A DNA stretch of 64,000 bases from Eledone cirrhosa (taxonomy: Eukaryota). The notes beneath the pieces are model-generated. The model saw nothing but the letters and a program-made list of their open reading frames with translations. It was not told the DNA's origin and ran no database searches. The position numbers and the translations under genes were made by a program. The stretch lies in assembly GCA_964016885.1 (NCBI GenBank), contig OZ024740.1, positions 54,312,001 through 54,376,000 of the forward strand. Reading direction: 5' to 3'. Shown piece after piece: positions 13,831-30,235 of the stretch. Every line of letters starts with the position of its first letter. Positions within the stretch are counted from its first letter, which is position 1.

Positions 13831-13940
13831 TTAGACTAATATTCATATCCAAACAACGTTGGTGCTTTTAACTTTCAAAAACAAATCGTTCTATCGTTCA
13901 TCACTTCTAAAATACATTGTTTACACGCGCACACTCATAC

Positions 13941-14028
<88 letters not shown>

Positions 14029-14149
14029 TAAAATAACAGATTAAAGTTTAAGCAAAGAATCGCTGCTTTCACCCTTAACGGGATATATATATATATATAT
14101 ATATATATAAGTCAATAGAGTGTTTAACCGAGGGAGCCAAATATAAATA

Positions 14150-14350
14150 ATAATAAATGTGAAGACTAAAATCCAAAGAGGGCCCAATTAGGATGAATAT
14201 ATTAGAACCCTAGAGCAAATATTTATTAAAATAACAGATTAAAGTTTAAACAAGGAATCTATTTGCTCTAGGGTTGTTATATATTTGATATCTATTCATC
14301 CTTATCGAGCCCTCTTTATATTTCAGTCTTCACATTTATTATTATTCCTA
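14150..14350. mobile_element. Family A inverted 3'-end pair
   Basis: AATAATAAATGTGAAGACTAAAAT pairs with ATTTCAGTCTTCACATTTATTATT. Confidence 0.75.
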
Positions 14351-16539
14351 TATATATATATATATATATATAGTAATTTGAATATATATAGTAAATTGCG
14401 TTGCCACTCCACTGGTATCAAGCTGTATCGGCCTTCATTTTTCCATATGTAACATGAGTAGATCCGAGAGAAGAGATTGGTATACATGGGTGACTATTTG
14501 CTATTTCAACAAAGTACTTTGACAGCGCTGCTGCCATAGTCATTCGTAACGGAACGGAGTCTTTAATCTTTATATACTAATACATAAGTATATGATTTTT
14601 GCTTTTGGACAAAATTCTTCCCTCAACTTACCTCTCGTTGTTTCGCATTCACTTAGTCATTTGCTCCGTCACTATTATTTTATTAGTGATATCTCTTCCT
14701 TGCAATTTCTTATATCCATTAATCCATAGCATATCTCGTAACCTCAGCATTAGGCTGCTTTTGAAATTTAATTTTTTCACAGTCCCATTGTGACAATTGC
14801 ATATTTCAGTGCATGCTCTCGATTCTCTTTCCAATTCACCAAGGACAGAAAAAATAATAAAAGGAGTTACTAGAATTATATATATATATATTAAAGTCCA
14901 AAAATTCCCTTAATTTAAGGAGCAATTTATTCAGTTGCTGCAGACATAGATTGAACTCAACGTTTAAATATAAATATAAATTTAAAATGTAGTATAATTA
15001 ATTAAGAAATTTAGTTAATATATGAAACCTGACGATAAATCATTAGATTCCTTCACCTTTTTCATGTTAAACGTTCTTCCTAAATATAAACAAGGATATA
15101 ATAAACTACTCTAAAATGTATATGCTCCCAATGTATTAAATAAAATATACGTAAGATAAATTTCTATACTAAATATAAGGGTATCCGTAGAATCACTGGG
15201 TCTTCTAAATCTTTTAAATTATTTTTATTTTTTTATTTGTTTTGACTATGATAGCTTCTAATAACTTTCATATGTCTACCCTTGCAATATCTTGTTTGAG
15301 ATATAGGTAGGATAGATTTCTATAATAAATATATAAAACATATTATTTTAACTTGAGATACTCTATAGTGTTTTAAAGATATTTAATGCTTTGATATTTC
15401 TATATTAATATATTGATATTTGATTATCTCTATACAAAGGCCATATGTGTGTATTAACCTGCATATAAAAGTTTTATAGGGTTTATTTATGTGTTTGTAT
15501 ATATGTCTGTAGATATGCATAACGATGCTGGAAGACTCACGCAGATATTTATTTATACATATGTATGTGTATATATGGTTGTGTGTGTATATGTTGATGT
15601 GTGTTGCAGATATGCATAATATTAAATACACGAACGGTAATCATATATATGAGGACATGAATATTAGTCGTATTTTTATGTATATATACTGTGAAATTTT
15701 TATAACACAAGAAATGTATAGAAGTGATCAAGTGAAATCATTTGTGTGTCTATATTATTGACTTGAGTAGACATAATTTCTCTTTTTTCAGGACGTACAT
15801 ATGTGTGTATATATATATACATATTTGTATCCGTATTTTTATAAAAAGGGTATTTTTTGAAGATTTTAACTCAGATTTTGGTATATTGACCTCAAGATTT
15901 TAAACTAAACATATGGTCATTATTGAACAATGTTATTTTCTCATATTATATATCTATGTCCCATTCATGAATATTGATATTTACATTTTTATTATTCATT
16001 TCATATGAATTGTTAACTCAACTTAATATGACATGACGTAAAGTTGTCACTATATCCCCCTCTCTCTATATAGTATTTCCTCTCTCTTGAGTTTTTCTAT
16101 CTGTATGATGAATTATTATCTCTCTGTTGCTTTCTTTTGTTTTTCTTATTTCTTCCTTTTTTCTTTCTTTTTTATTTCCTCCTATCTATTTATATCTTTC
16201 TTTTCTACATACATTTCTCTCTCCGGTATTTCTCCAAGTTTTCTTTTTCTCTCTCTCCTTCTTTCTCTCCTTCTCTCTCTCCGTTTTTTCTTTCTCTCCG
16301 TCTTTTTCTAACTGTGCTTAACACTATAACTAATAAAATAATTATAAACATCTCACTATCCAGACAGCTTCCAAAAATAATGGTTGCATCTAATAGGGTA
16401 CGTCAAAATTATTTATAAAACTGTTTATATATTGTATTTTGTCTGATAAAGGCATACCATATTTTAATTTGGTATCCCTGAAATATGTATAATGAAATAA
16501 ATATGGTTTTATAAATGTAGTTTCCATTTATTTAATATC

Positions 16540-16599
<60 letters not shown>

Positions 16600-16819
16600 A
16601 TAAAAGGAATTCCAACTTTGTCTGATTTACTCGTTTTATTTACAATCCTTTAAAATTTATAATGCTATTAGAATGAAATAGTATGGTAGAATATTAAATA
16701 TTAAGTGTTAATTGAACAAGTACTTTCATGCTTTCGCAATCTTCAGCCTCATAATGTGTGGTGACAGTCAAGTTTGCAATTTTCAACTTACTATATATAT
16801 TCAAATTACTATATATATA

Positions 16820-17065
16820 TAATAATAATAATAAAGTCACCCATGTATACCAACCTCTTCTCTCGGAGCTACTCATGTTAACTATGGAAAAATGAAGGCC
16901 GATACAGCTTGGTACCAGTGCAGTGGCAACACAATTTTACAGGTGTTTGAACTGAAGCATAGTGAAATAAAGTGTCTTACTGAAGGACATACCATAGGAC
17001 TCGTTACGAAAATTGAACTCAAAATCCTACAATAATAAGCCCAATACTGTAACCAGTAAGACATG
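16820..17065 (-). mobile_element. Old CORE-type SINE remnant; a related 3' part is on + at ~14398-14560
   Basis: GTGAAATAAAGTGTCTTACTGAAGGACA (reverse of a CORE-like GTGTCCTTGAGCAAGACACTTTATTTCAC); GAAGGCCGATACAGCTTGGTACCAGTG is shared with ~14410. Confidence 0.55.
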
Positions 17066-17366
17066 AGCTCGATTTGATATATGAGCTATATTTGATATAT
17101 ATTCATCCTTATCGAGGCCTCTTTCTGAAGAAAGATAAAGAACTAATATGATGGACCAGAGAGTAAGAAGTAGTTAAAACGGAACAAATTAAACACACAC
17201 ACACATACACACACACACACACAAACGCACACATATATATTTATATATATATATATATTGTTATACTTGGGGAGGGTCATATTTGTGTAATATTGCCAGT
17301 ATTAATAACAGAACACACTCACTGTTTGTTGGTTTTCGCTTTTCGCTTCTGTGTCTTTTATATCGT

Positions 17367-17880
17367 GTCATGTTTGTGGACGCTACCCCTGGAGGGAAAT
17401 TAGCTAACCAGTGTAGAAAGGCACTGAGAAAGACCCACTTAAAGATTAAGGTGGTAGAAAAGCCAGGAACCACCATAAAATCCCTGATCAGCAAAACCTA
17501 CCCTTTTAAGGAAACCCATTGTACTAATAGGAAATGTATCATATGTAAGGTAAACCCCCGGATAAACTGTAAAACTAGAAACATAGTCTATAGCATAAGA
17601 TGTACAGAGGGTACTTGCAGAAACATGACAACAACATACATAGGCGAGACAACTCGTAGCATAGGTGAAAGGATAGACCAACACTGGGGGGAACTAAAAG
17701 GACGAAAAAAACGGTTCAGTACTATACGAACATGCCAGACAACAACACGACGGTAACATAAACAACATAGAAATTAGAATAATATCTAAACATAGAATTG
17801 ACCCAGCAGATAGGCAAATCAGAGAAGCCAGTGAAATAGAACTTAGAAGGTCAAGGCTAAACTGAAAGAATAAATGGAAT
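17367..17880 (+). pseudogene. PLE linker plus GIY-YIG endonuclease, frameshifted
   Basis: FVDATPGGKLA...CTNRKCIIC...CKTRNIVYSIRC...TYIGETTRSIGERIDQH; frameshift in the A-run near 17705; then VLYEH...RQIREASEI...LN*KNKW. Confidence 0.9.
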
Positions 17881-18185
17881 AACAACAACACCCAAACAAA
17901 CAACACTGACCTAAGAGAAGTATAAATAAATAAATAGATAAATAAATAAATAAATACATACACAAGCATAATAACAACAAACATATAAACACACACTAGT
18001 AAAGATAGAATACATTAACCAATACACAGTCACCCAATCACGAACACACATCAAACAAAACACTATACACACACGCAAACGCATACGCAAAGAAGACAAA
18101 ATAAAATAAACAAATAAATAAATATATAAACAGACTAAATAAAGATGGCGTAGAAAATACAATGCAACGGGAGGAAACAATAGCA

Positions 18186-18224
18186 CCACTGACGATGTTG
18201 CAGATGTGCAACGAAAGAACTTTG
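18186..18224 (+). ncRNA. Minimal hammerhead motif in the PLE 3' region
   Basis: CTGACGA-t-GTTGCA-gatg-TGCAAC-GAAA, with a perfect 6-bp stem II; stems I and III are weak. Confidence 0.75.
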
Positions 18225-18475
18225 ATAAACTATATATATGTGCTTGTATCTATATTGTATCTGTATTATTTTTGACCGTTAGTCAGTCAATGGCAACATT
18301 GAGAACCGAATAAATTAGATTACCGATATAAAAGACACAGAAGCGAAAAGCGAAAACCAACCAAACAGTGAGTGTGTTCTGTTATTAATACTGGCAATAT
18401 TACACAAATATGACCCTCCCCAAGTATAACAATATTTGTTTCGACACACGATTTCATATCAAAATTCTCGCAAAA

Positions 18476-18542
<67 letters not shown>

Positions 18543-18545
<3 letters not shown>

Positions 18546-19361
18546 AGGGGAAGTTAAAAGTTATATTCACATATTTTTTAGTAATTTTGGAAAACAAAAG
18601 TAGTGGTTGAGCAATACATCATTTTTTTATATAGTCTCCTTGCTTTTCAAATCACTTCTTCAAGAGGTCCACAAGTTTCCTTATTCCATCGGCGAGGGTT
18701 TTCATTTGATGACGCAGTTATGTATGTATAGCTTCCTGCATTTCTCCGTCTGTAGCAAATCCACGACCTCGTAAAGGATGATTCGGCGGTCGAAAGTGGT
18801 GGTAATCGGAAGGGGCTAGATCTGGGCTGTAATCAAGGAGTTCCAGCAACTCGAACCCCACATTTTCAACGGTTTCAATGGTATGGGCGTACACTGTTGA
18901 GCAACTACACTTGCTTTGATGATAAATCCCGGTGTTTTGAGAGAATTGCTGGTTTCTGTTTGCTGAACAGCAAATCAGTGTAGCTTAGTGTGGTGACTGT
19001 TAGAGACCTTTACCAGTTAATGTGCAAATTCTTTTGCGTTTCAAAAAAACCGCTAGCATAACTTCACTGTGGAAATTTGTGGCTTGGATTTCTTTACCTA
19101 TTTTGATTCCGGGTGTTTCCATTCCATACACTGCTTTTCACCTCCTATGAATATTCTCTCAAACATAATTTGCCATCAACGTCGTATCAGTCGAGTAAAC
19201 GATGACAGATCCCCAGGATTGCGTTCATGCGTTTCAGTAATCTCTCTTGGCAACTATTTAGCACAGACTTTATGAACTTTACGTAAGTGGTGGAGCTTGA
19301 TGGACGTCTTACTCACTCTTCGAGATTCGCGCTTGTCCAGTCATTTAACCGTCTCTATCTA

Positions 19362-19365
<4 letters not shown>
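18543..19365 (-). pseudogene. Decayed mariner transposase and terminus
   Basis: Minus strand gives MEWKHPES...YSPDLAPSDY...GIRKLV...KQGDYIKK* with stops; mariner-like TIR remnant AGGAGGGGAAGTTAAAAGTT at 18543. Confidence 0.9.
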
Positions 19366-19407
<42 letters not shown>

Positions 19408-19417
<10 letters not shown>

Positions 19418-19703
19418 TAAACGGAATAGAAAATGCTGACAAATTGTTCACAGTTGAAAAATGGTTTAATTAGGAATAAAAGAGTATTAGTGATTGTATG
19501 GGTTAGTATTCAGTTAGTTGATTTTGAGATAGAGTGTCCGTGCTGTTTGCTCTGATCAGAGCAAACAGCACGGACACTCTATCTCAAAATCAACTAACTG
19601 AATACTAACCCATACAATCACTAATACTCTTTTATTCCTAATTAAACCATTTTTCAACTGTGAACAATTTGTCAGCATTTTCTATTCCGTTTACCAATAT
19701 ATA
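19408..19703. repeat. Perfect 296-bp palindrome with no spacer
   Basis: Checked block by block; the centre TCTGA|TCAGA lies at 19555/19556. Confidence 0.97.
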
Positions 19704-19735
19704 ATAACTTGTGTGTTACACCTCTATTCTTTTAA

Positions 19736-19789
<54 letters not shown>

Positions 19790-20631
19790 GCATTCATATT
19801 TACATACATATGTATGGATGGATGCATGTTTTTCCTTATCTTTTCGTGAGAATCTTCTCAATAAGCAGGCTGCCGCGTGAAATCTCCTATCAGATTAAAA
19901 ATATCCAAGAATACATGCACTATCGCATGTGTTGTGTTTATATGAAAAGTGTATAATTACACACACACACGCACGTACACATACATGTATGCTTGTAAGT
20001 GTACAAGTGTGCATAGATATTTCAGAATGTATGTATGTTTTATGTATGTGTGAACTATGTGTGTATACTCAGACATTGTAGTTGTTTTTATATTTAATCA
20101 ATTTTCTTTTCTGTATTGTTATTTATTGCATTGTTTGGATGCACTCCATTGTTGGCTGCGTAGAAATACCAGACCTAGTCAGGAATTATGTTAATAACAC
20201 TCGTTCTGACCCATGCTGCAGGGGTAATTTAAAGCCCCCAATCCTTCCACTAGGATCACCAAATTCTCGTTGACAGTCTAACATGTGCACGGATTTAGAA
20301 AAAACGTTACCGGATGGTACATTAAAAATTATGACTAGTACCTCAATGACTAACACTATACTGTGGCCTCAGTATAATGTGACCTACACATTCGCCTATT
20401 CATTGAGTTCCTTTGTAGATTGTTATTCTATTTAGTTTTATTTTAACATTCAATTATATACTTTTTTTCTTCTAAATTTCGTTAGTAAATTAATAAGTAT
20501 TTCTGGTTTATTTCCAAAAAATTCCATAATGTTTTATACAGATATTCCTTGCTTATTATGTATAGTCCTCTTCAAAATAACACATCCCGAAAGTAAGACA
20601 GAGACAAGCACTGACAGGGATCAGATACACA

Positions 20632-20739
<108 letters not shown>

Positions 20740-20752
20740 GATACATATATAA

Positions 20753-20935
<183 letters not shown>

Positions 20936-21475
20936 ATAGAGAGATAGACTGTGATGACGAAAGTTATTTTGTTTCATTGAGTGTGTGCATTCAAGTATAA
21001 GTTAGTGATTGTGAGTTTGGGAAGAAGAAAAATTGTAAAACAAAACATAAGGCATTGGAAAGCATGGAAATAACCCTCCCGCGGGAATTTGTTTTTGGAC
21101 TAACTGAACTGCTTGCCTAACTCACTGACTGAGTGATTGAATGACGGACTGATAAGAAAGACTTTTCATCGCAGTTTCAATGTAACAAGCAAGACACTAG
21201 AACTGGGCGCAAATGTAAATATAGCGCAATGGCCCGGTAATAGCTGTGAAGAATGAAAGGGCGACGAGGGTTGATAGGTGGACAGGGGAGAAAAGAGAAG
21301 CTGGTGGTGAGTGATGCAGTGGTGTGAACATGAAGCAAACATTGCAGGAGTTTAGGTAACACAGATGAAATAAGACAAAAAAAAACAAAAACACGAAGTA
21401 TAAGTTTGTATAAGTATAGGATATATATATACGGGTGTGTGTGTATAATATATACTATATATATATATATATATA

Positions 21476-21525
<50 letters not shown>

Positions 21526-21618
21526 ATACGTTTGGATCTAGCTGTCGAAACGGACGGAGCTCAGCCGTCGGTGTCCTGACTTTTCTTGTATATATCTTGT
21601 ATATAAATATACATATAT

Positions 21619-21649
<31 letters not shown>

Positions 21650-21675
21650 CAATATATATGCATATATAAATGTAA

Positions 21676-21718
<43 letters not shown>

Positions 21719-22278
21719 TTATATATATATATATATGTATATATATACACTCATATGTATGTGTGTGTGTATACAAGCGGAAAGTGCAAGTAAGATGATT
21801 AGAGAGAGCGACAGAAGCAGGAACAAGGGAAATTTCGAAAATACAATATAAAAAAGTGGCAGAAAATCAGAAGGAAAGGAATTTAACTAGAGTAGAGATA
21901 GAGGTAGATTGAGAGAGAAGGAGGAGGAAAGAAAAGAGTGAGATTCTGAGGGAGGGAAAGGTTTGAGATGAATATTATGAGAGGGAGATGCTGGAAAGGA
22001 AAGAAAGAGAAATAGGAAAGAAAACGAATTAGAAAGGATAAAATAAAATAATCAGACAAGCATAGAAAGGAGGATTTGAAATTAAAGGAAAGAGGTGGAG
22101 AAAAAAGAGGAAGGCAGTAATGGAACGGAAGATTGAAGAGAGAAGAATAAGAAAAGCTTGAAAAATACATATATAAAATAAACATTATTAGTGTAAAAGG
22201 AGTGATTTATGAAACAAAACAAAGAAATGCAACGAGCAATACGCCACTTAGATATTTCTATAGCAAAAACAGTTGCAA

Positions 22279-22339
<61 letters not shown>

Positions 22340-22881
22340 CTTACATAAATGTGAACAAATACAGAAATAGTATTTCAGTATTTGTTTGTATTTGAGTAGA
22401 TCATTATCATTAGAAAGAGATTTATATAAATATATTAACTGTTAAATGTAGTAAGAAAAAAAGGTTAATGGCTAATGATAATTGTGGTACGCGTGTGTAT
22501 GTATCTAAGTATGCACACACACTTACATACACACACAAATATATATATGTGAATATATATATATGAAGATATATATAACAACACATATATATATATATGT
22601 ATATACTTGTGTGTGTGTATTTAGTTATATGTATATTTGTGTCTGACAGAAAAGTTTCATGCAAACAATTTATCCAGACTACTGCGTATTTAACAAGGGT
22701 AAAAGAGATCTAGTCCAATAGATGTAGTAACTTTCAACGCGGTACATTTACTTTTCTTTTAGCAAAACAATTCTTAAATATTGATTTACATATATATATA
22801 TGTGTATATATATATATATATATAACATACATATATATCCTTATTATCTTACATGGTCATATATACATATATATATATATG

Positions 22882-22973
<92 letters not shown>

Positions 22974-23087
22974 TGTATGTGTGGGGGTAAAATAACAAAC
23001 ATAAATATATGCACGTGCATACACAGAAACACTCATGTATACATGTATATATATGAATATATATATATATATATATATGTATGTTTA

Positions 23088-23219
<132 letters not shown>

Positions 23220-23285
23220 CATACATACATACATACATACATACGTACATACATACATATATATATATATACATATATATATATT

Positions 23286-23344
<59 letters not shown>

Positions 23345-23346
23345 AA

Positions 23347-23395
<49 letters not shown>

Positions 23396-23654
23396 CACAC
23401 GTGTACATGACAATATATGTTTATGGTATCGATAACTTTTACGTAAGTCGATTTCAAACGGATGTTCACAAATTATTTTCGTGTAAAATATATGTAAACA
23501 GAGTCAGGGGTCAAATAAGATGCATACGAGGAAATGAGTATCTGTAAGTGTGTGATGGATTTGTCTACAGTGGTGCGTACATACATATATATATAATATA
23601 TGTATGTATGAGTTTATACAAATATATATATATACAAATATATATATATATATA

Positions 23655-23892
23655 TTTATTAAAATAACAGATTAAAGTTTAAGCAATGAATCGATGCTTT
23701 CACCTTTAATGCGATCTTCTGAAACTAACAGTTTCAGAAGATCCCGTTAAGGGTGAAAGCAGCGATTCTTTGCTTACATTTTTATCTGTTAGTTTAATAA
23801 ATATTTGCTCTACGGTTCTTATATATTTGATATATATTTATCGTTATCGAGCCCTCTTTGGATTTTAGTCTTCAAATTAATTAATATTACTA
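23655..23892. mobile_element. Family A fold-back copy
   Basis: Arms meet at TTCTGAAACT-aac-AGTTTCAGAA (~23729). A similar fold-back copy lies at 53418-53643. Confidence 0.85.
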
Positions 23893-23901
23893 TATATATA
23901 A

Positions 23902-23980
<79 letters not shown>

Positions 23981-24075
23981 CTTATATACGTATATATGCA
24001 TATATATACATGAGTGTGTATATATAAATATATATATATATATTTATATACATATATATACACATATATAAATGC

Positions 24076-24205
<130 letters not shown>

Positions 24206-24272
24206 GGATATACATGCATATTTATATATATGTGTATATATACATATAAATATATACATACATACACACACA

Positions 24273-24354
<82 letters not shown>

Positions 24355-24493
24355 GATATATATATTTATATATATATATGTGTGTATTAATATATACATA
24401 TATATATACATGTATACATACATATAAATATACATATATATAAATATAGATGTGTGTGTATAATATATATAAATATAGATTTAGATAGGTGTG

Positions 24494-24532
<39 letters not shown>

Positions 24533-24710
24533 TTATATATATATATATATACTGTATATATATGTGTGTGTGTATGTGTGTTTGTTTGCGTCTATTTATA
24601 TTTTACATTCACACATTTATATATATGTACGTACATATATCTATATATTTGCATATTTATATATGCCGGTATGTATATAAATTCTCGTTTAATTTCACGA
24701 TTGTATGTAC

Positions 24711-24777
<67 letters not shown>

Positions 24778-24791
24778 CATATATATATATA

Positions 24792-24840
<49 letters not shown>

Positions 24841-24843
24841 ATG

Positions 24844-24993
<150 letters not shown>

Positions 24994-25136
24994 TGTGGGT
25001 GCATCAGTTCATAGAATCGTTAAAGTAAATGATAATTCATATACATACGGGAATATATATATATGCATATTATACATATGGGCAACATTAATATATATAT
25101 ATATATGCTTGTATACAAATATATATGAGTGTATAT

Positions 25137-25167
<31 letters not shown>

Positions 25168-25395
25168 CATATATATATACATGCGCGTATAAATGCGTGT
25201 ATATATTAGACTTCTGCCCAACATACAGAAGCAAATACTATTAATATGCACAACTTAAGATATATACTGCTTGTCTTGATACATTGTTGTTTATTAGGTC
25301 CCTTATATAATTGTATGTATGTATGTATCTGTGTATGTATTTTTGTATATATGTATGTTAGTATGTATATATGTATGTAAATATGTATACATGTG

Positions 25396-25430
<35 letters not shown>

Positions 25431-25699
25431 ATATATATAAATATATATATATATTCAAATATATATATATATGTATATATATATGAGTATATATAAAATA
25501 TACTTATGTATACATATTTATAAATACATAACATAGTTATATATATATATATTTATAAATCCATATCTATATATACGTCTGTATATGATTATATATAATA
25601 TATCGATAAACTTAAATATAAACATACATATACCCGAATATCTATAAATATGCACACATTTATATACATACATATATATATATATATATGTATATTTTA

Positions 25700-25751
<52 letters not shown>

Positions 25752-26336
25752 TATATTTACATGTATGTATATGTATATATGTATGCATATGTAGATATAT
25801 ATTTATATATATATACACCCAAAGTTATGTGTATATATATATATATATAAGTATATAAATATACATTATATATGAACTTATACATATATATATATAATTA
25901 TATGAAATTTTGCGTATGAATATAAACCGAGGCGAAAGCATTGGCTTCTATGAGACATGAATTCACAGGAAAGGAGATTCATATGAATATAAAGAAAAGT
26001 AGACAGTTAAAAGTTTAAAACATGATAGATGTGTATAACGACATCAACACTTATCAACATCATCATTATTACCTATCAACATCATCATCATCAACATCAT
26101 CATTATTACCTATCTCCCCACTAATGGAAGCTGTATTGTCACGACTATCATCACTGGTATGTATGTATTGCATATATATATATATTGTATGTTTCTGTAG
26201 ACTATATTTAACTTTTTCATTCCTGCCTCTATTTGAATTAATACAAATTAATTTATATGATGGTTAAAAGAGTTCCAAGTATTTTATTATATTTTCATTG
26301 CTTTATTGTACCACAATAATACTCACCTCCTACATA

Positions 26337-26442
<106 letters not shown>

Positions 26443-26531
26443 TACATATATATATACATATATAAATATATATGTACGTATGTATAGTATGTATATAGAT
26501 ATCGTTATGTATGTATCAATGTTATCTATAT

Positions 26532-26587
<56 letters not shown>

Positions 26588-26621
26588 ATTATATATATAT
26601 ACTTTATATATATATACATAT

Positions 26622-26793
<172 letters not shown>

Positions 26794-27282
26794 AATATAT
26801 TTTGAAGTGTGAATTGGAATAAATATTCACGCTCATACTTACACACACTCAAACACACACAAACATACAAAAAAACACACACACACACACAAACACATTT
26901 ATTTCTATTTCTAAACAGACAAATTTAACCTCTTTATATCAATTGTGATATTTAACTTGAAATAGAATTTCTGATTTTGTATATTGGGCCTTTATTTCTT
27001 AACCTATTTTAAGCATTACTTGATTTGTGGCATATTTCCTTGGTATTTGTGAAATATATTAGATGTTTTGTTAATAAAATACATATGCGAATCCACAAGC
27101 GAATGTGCGAAGGTAATTTCATGTGCCTATATTTTCATCTTTATAAATTTTGCATATACATTAGTGTACACTGAAACTCAAGATATAGATGTGTACACAT
27201 CAATACATAAAAAGTGTGTTGACTGGAGTGTTTGAATGTTTATGCGAGTAAACTTATGCATAAAGACATATGTATGTGCGTA

Positions 27283-27389
<107 letters not shown>

Positions 27390-27407
27390 TTATATATGTA
27401 CATGTAC

Positions 27408-27496
<89 letters not shown>

Positions 27497-27645
27497 TATA
27501 GATATTTATATATATATATGTACATACAAACACATATATATATATACACATATATAAATATATATATATTGATGTACATAAATATATATAGGTATATATA
27601 TATATATACACATATATATATGAATATATGAATATATATATATAT

Positions 27646-27768
27646 AACGAAGGAAATGTGGTAAGGAACCAGGTGGACCATAACGCACCAAAGTACTCAA
27701 TACTTGAGGTAGTAGAGTGGGTAATAGGAACCAGTAAGACCCCGACAGCTGAGCTCAAGCCGTTTCGA

Positions 27769-27854
<86 letters not shown>

Positions 27855-27857
27855 ATA

Positions 27858-27917
<60 letters not shown>

Positions 27918-28027
27918 AACGAGTAGGACCCCGACGGCTGAGCTCAAGCCGTTTCGACGGCTAATTCTAGACTGCCAGAATTAGCCGTCGAAACGGCTTG
28001 AGCTCAGCCGTCGGGGTCCTACTCGTT

Positions 28028-28067
<40 letters not shown>

Positions 28068-28140
28068 CACTCTACTACCCTAAGTATTGAGTACTTTGGT
28101 GCGTTATGGTCCACCTGGTTCCTTACCACATTTCCTTCGT

Positions 28141-28142
<2 letters not shown>
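27646..28142. mobile_element. Family B nested fold-back cluster interrupted by (TA)n
   Basis: 27646-27722 is inverted at 28065-28142, with an inner hairpin at 27914-28031. Confidence 0.88.
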
Positions 28143-28173
<31 letters not shown>

Positions 28174-28340
28174 TCATACATATATATATATATATGTCAA
28201 TATTTATTTATAAACTGATCTATATTATATTTTGTCTGATGAAAGCGCACCATAATTTAACGTGGTATCCTTGAAATATTTATAATAAAATAAATATGGT
28301 TTCATAAATATAGTTTCCATTTGTTAATATCGTGTATATA

Positions 28341-28421
<81 letters not shown>

Positions 28422-28652
28422 GTACATACATATGCCTATATGCATAAGTTTACACGCATAAATATTCAAATACTCCAGTCAACACACTTTTTATATATTG
28501 ATGTACATTCATAAATCAGGATAGATTCAGTTTGAAACTGGTCAGACCAGTAAAAGAGTACCCGATAGTTGGTTTAGTAGAGTACTTTGTCTTTATCAAA
28601 ATTCAAGTCTGATCGATTGCAGTTTCCACAGCAATTATGATATATATGTTTT

Positions 28653-28721
<69 letters not shown>

Positions 28722-29106
28722 CTGTGCTCGAGATTTTCTTCATTTAAAAAAATATTATAAAATTCGGGTAAAAGTACCGTATAAAGGGAAAAAAAGTGAC
28801 CAGAAGACATAAAAGCGAATCAAACTGAAAATTTCTATTTCCGGAGGTGTTGTAGCCACAGGTTTTGCCGTTTGATAGGGTTATATTTCCCGATTTTCTA
28901 AGGTCTGTTCGCAGCTATATGTCTGCATTTGCGATTACCTGCGTTTCTACTTATTCGACGCTTCAAATTCTATTATAAAATACGTCCATATATTTGTATA
29001 TATATATGTATGAATGCTATATTATATATATATATATATATATTAGAGAGGGCCGAGCCCCGAATGCTTAGATCTTGCCGTTTCTACAGCTAATTCCAGA
29101 CACACA

Positions 29107-29427
<321 letters not shown>

Positions 29428-29783
29428 ATATATACACATATATAAAACTTAACTCATCATACAAAGTTAAGAACTAGTTATATGTGACCGAAGTCTACTT
29501 TTCTAGTTCTAGAAGAATTTACATTCATGAAAGGATAGTTGTCTGCCTTTTCTAACATGTCACTTGTCCTCGACGACTCATGTTTTTTATTCAAGGTTAT
29601 GCAACACATAGCTGTAGGTGTTATATACTTTATATACTTTATATACTTTATATTTCTGCTGTTTTTCGTATCTTTGAATTGTTGCCAACATAATTTATAA
29701 CTGATCATTACATTACTTTTCTAAAGGATTAAAATAGCTTTAACATTTTATTCTAATACTATTACGATCACAAACTTCAGTGT

Positions 29784-29834
29784 CATACATTTTGAGTGCC
29801 ATACATTTTGAGTGCCATACATTTTGTGTGCCAT
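29784..29834. repeat. 3 x 16-bp tandem repeat
   Basis: (CATACATTTTGAGTGC) x3, with one substitution in the third unit. Confidence 0.9.
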
Positions 29835-30145
29835 AGTCATGGGAATATTTTGCTGGAATGGAACACTAATTTAGTTAAATGGTGTAAATTTCGTAGAAGG
29901 TAGAAAAGGAGAATTATTGTTTGTACCCATCGGGATTTGAGATCTTGATCTCAGTGAAGGTAATTAATTAAAGAGAAATATTTTCACAACTGGATTAGTC
30001 ATATGTATTAGTCAATTTAGTCAATTAATACTCCATTTCAACTAAATAAACATTTTGACGTGCACATTTATATTTACGGATAGGAAAATACTGACACACA
30101 CAGACACATACACATAGACAAAAACACACACACACAAACACCCTC

Positions 30146-30232
<87 letters not shown>

Positions 30233-30235
<3 letters not shown>

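Larger units (their letters stand above)
17255..18478 (+). mobile_element. 5'-truncated Penelope-like element with inverted pLTR end
   Basis: 17255-17365 is the inverted copy of 18324-18435. The element contains a GIY-YIG coding remnant and an HHR, and has TA-rich flanks. Confidence 0.92.

Noticed and set aside
17862-17864. In-frame TGA in the PLE ORF as a selenocysteine codon
   Set aside because: Not at a Cys position (the related copy has Thr); more simply a nonsense mutation in an already frameshifted copy. No SECIS identified.
20185-20365. Minus-strand frame (IVLVIEVLVIIF...DCQREFGDPSGRI) resembling a signal peptide plus CUB domain start
   Set aside because: Bounded by stops, no convincing splice sites, and no further CUB motifs.
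21000-21400. Unique-looking segment with TATATTTA and CAGTT on the minus strand as a promoter
   Set aside because: Spacing is off, such motifs are common in AT-rich DNA, and no downstream exon was found.
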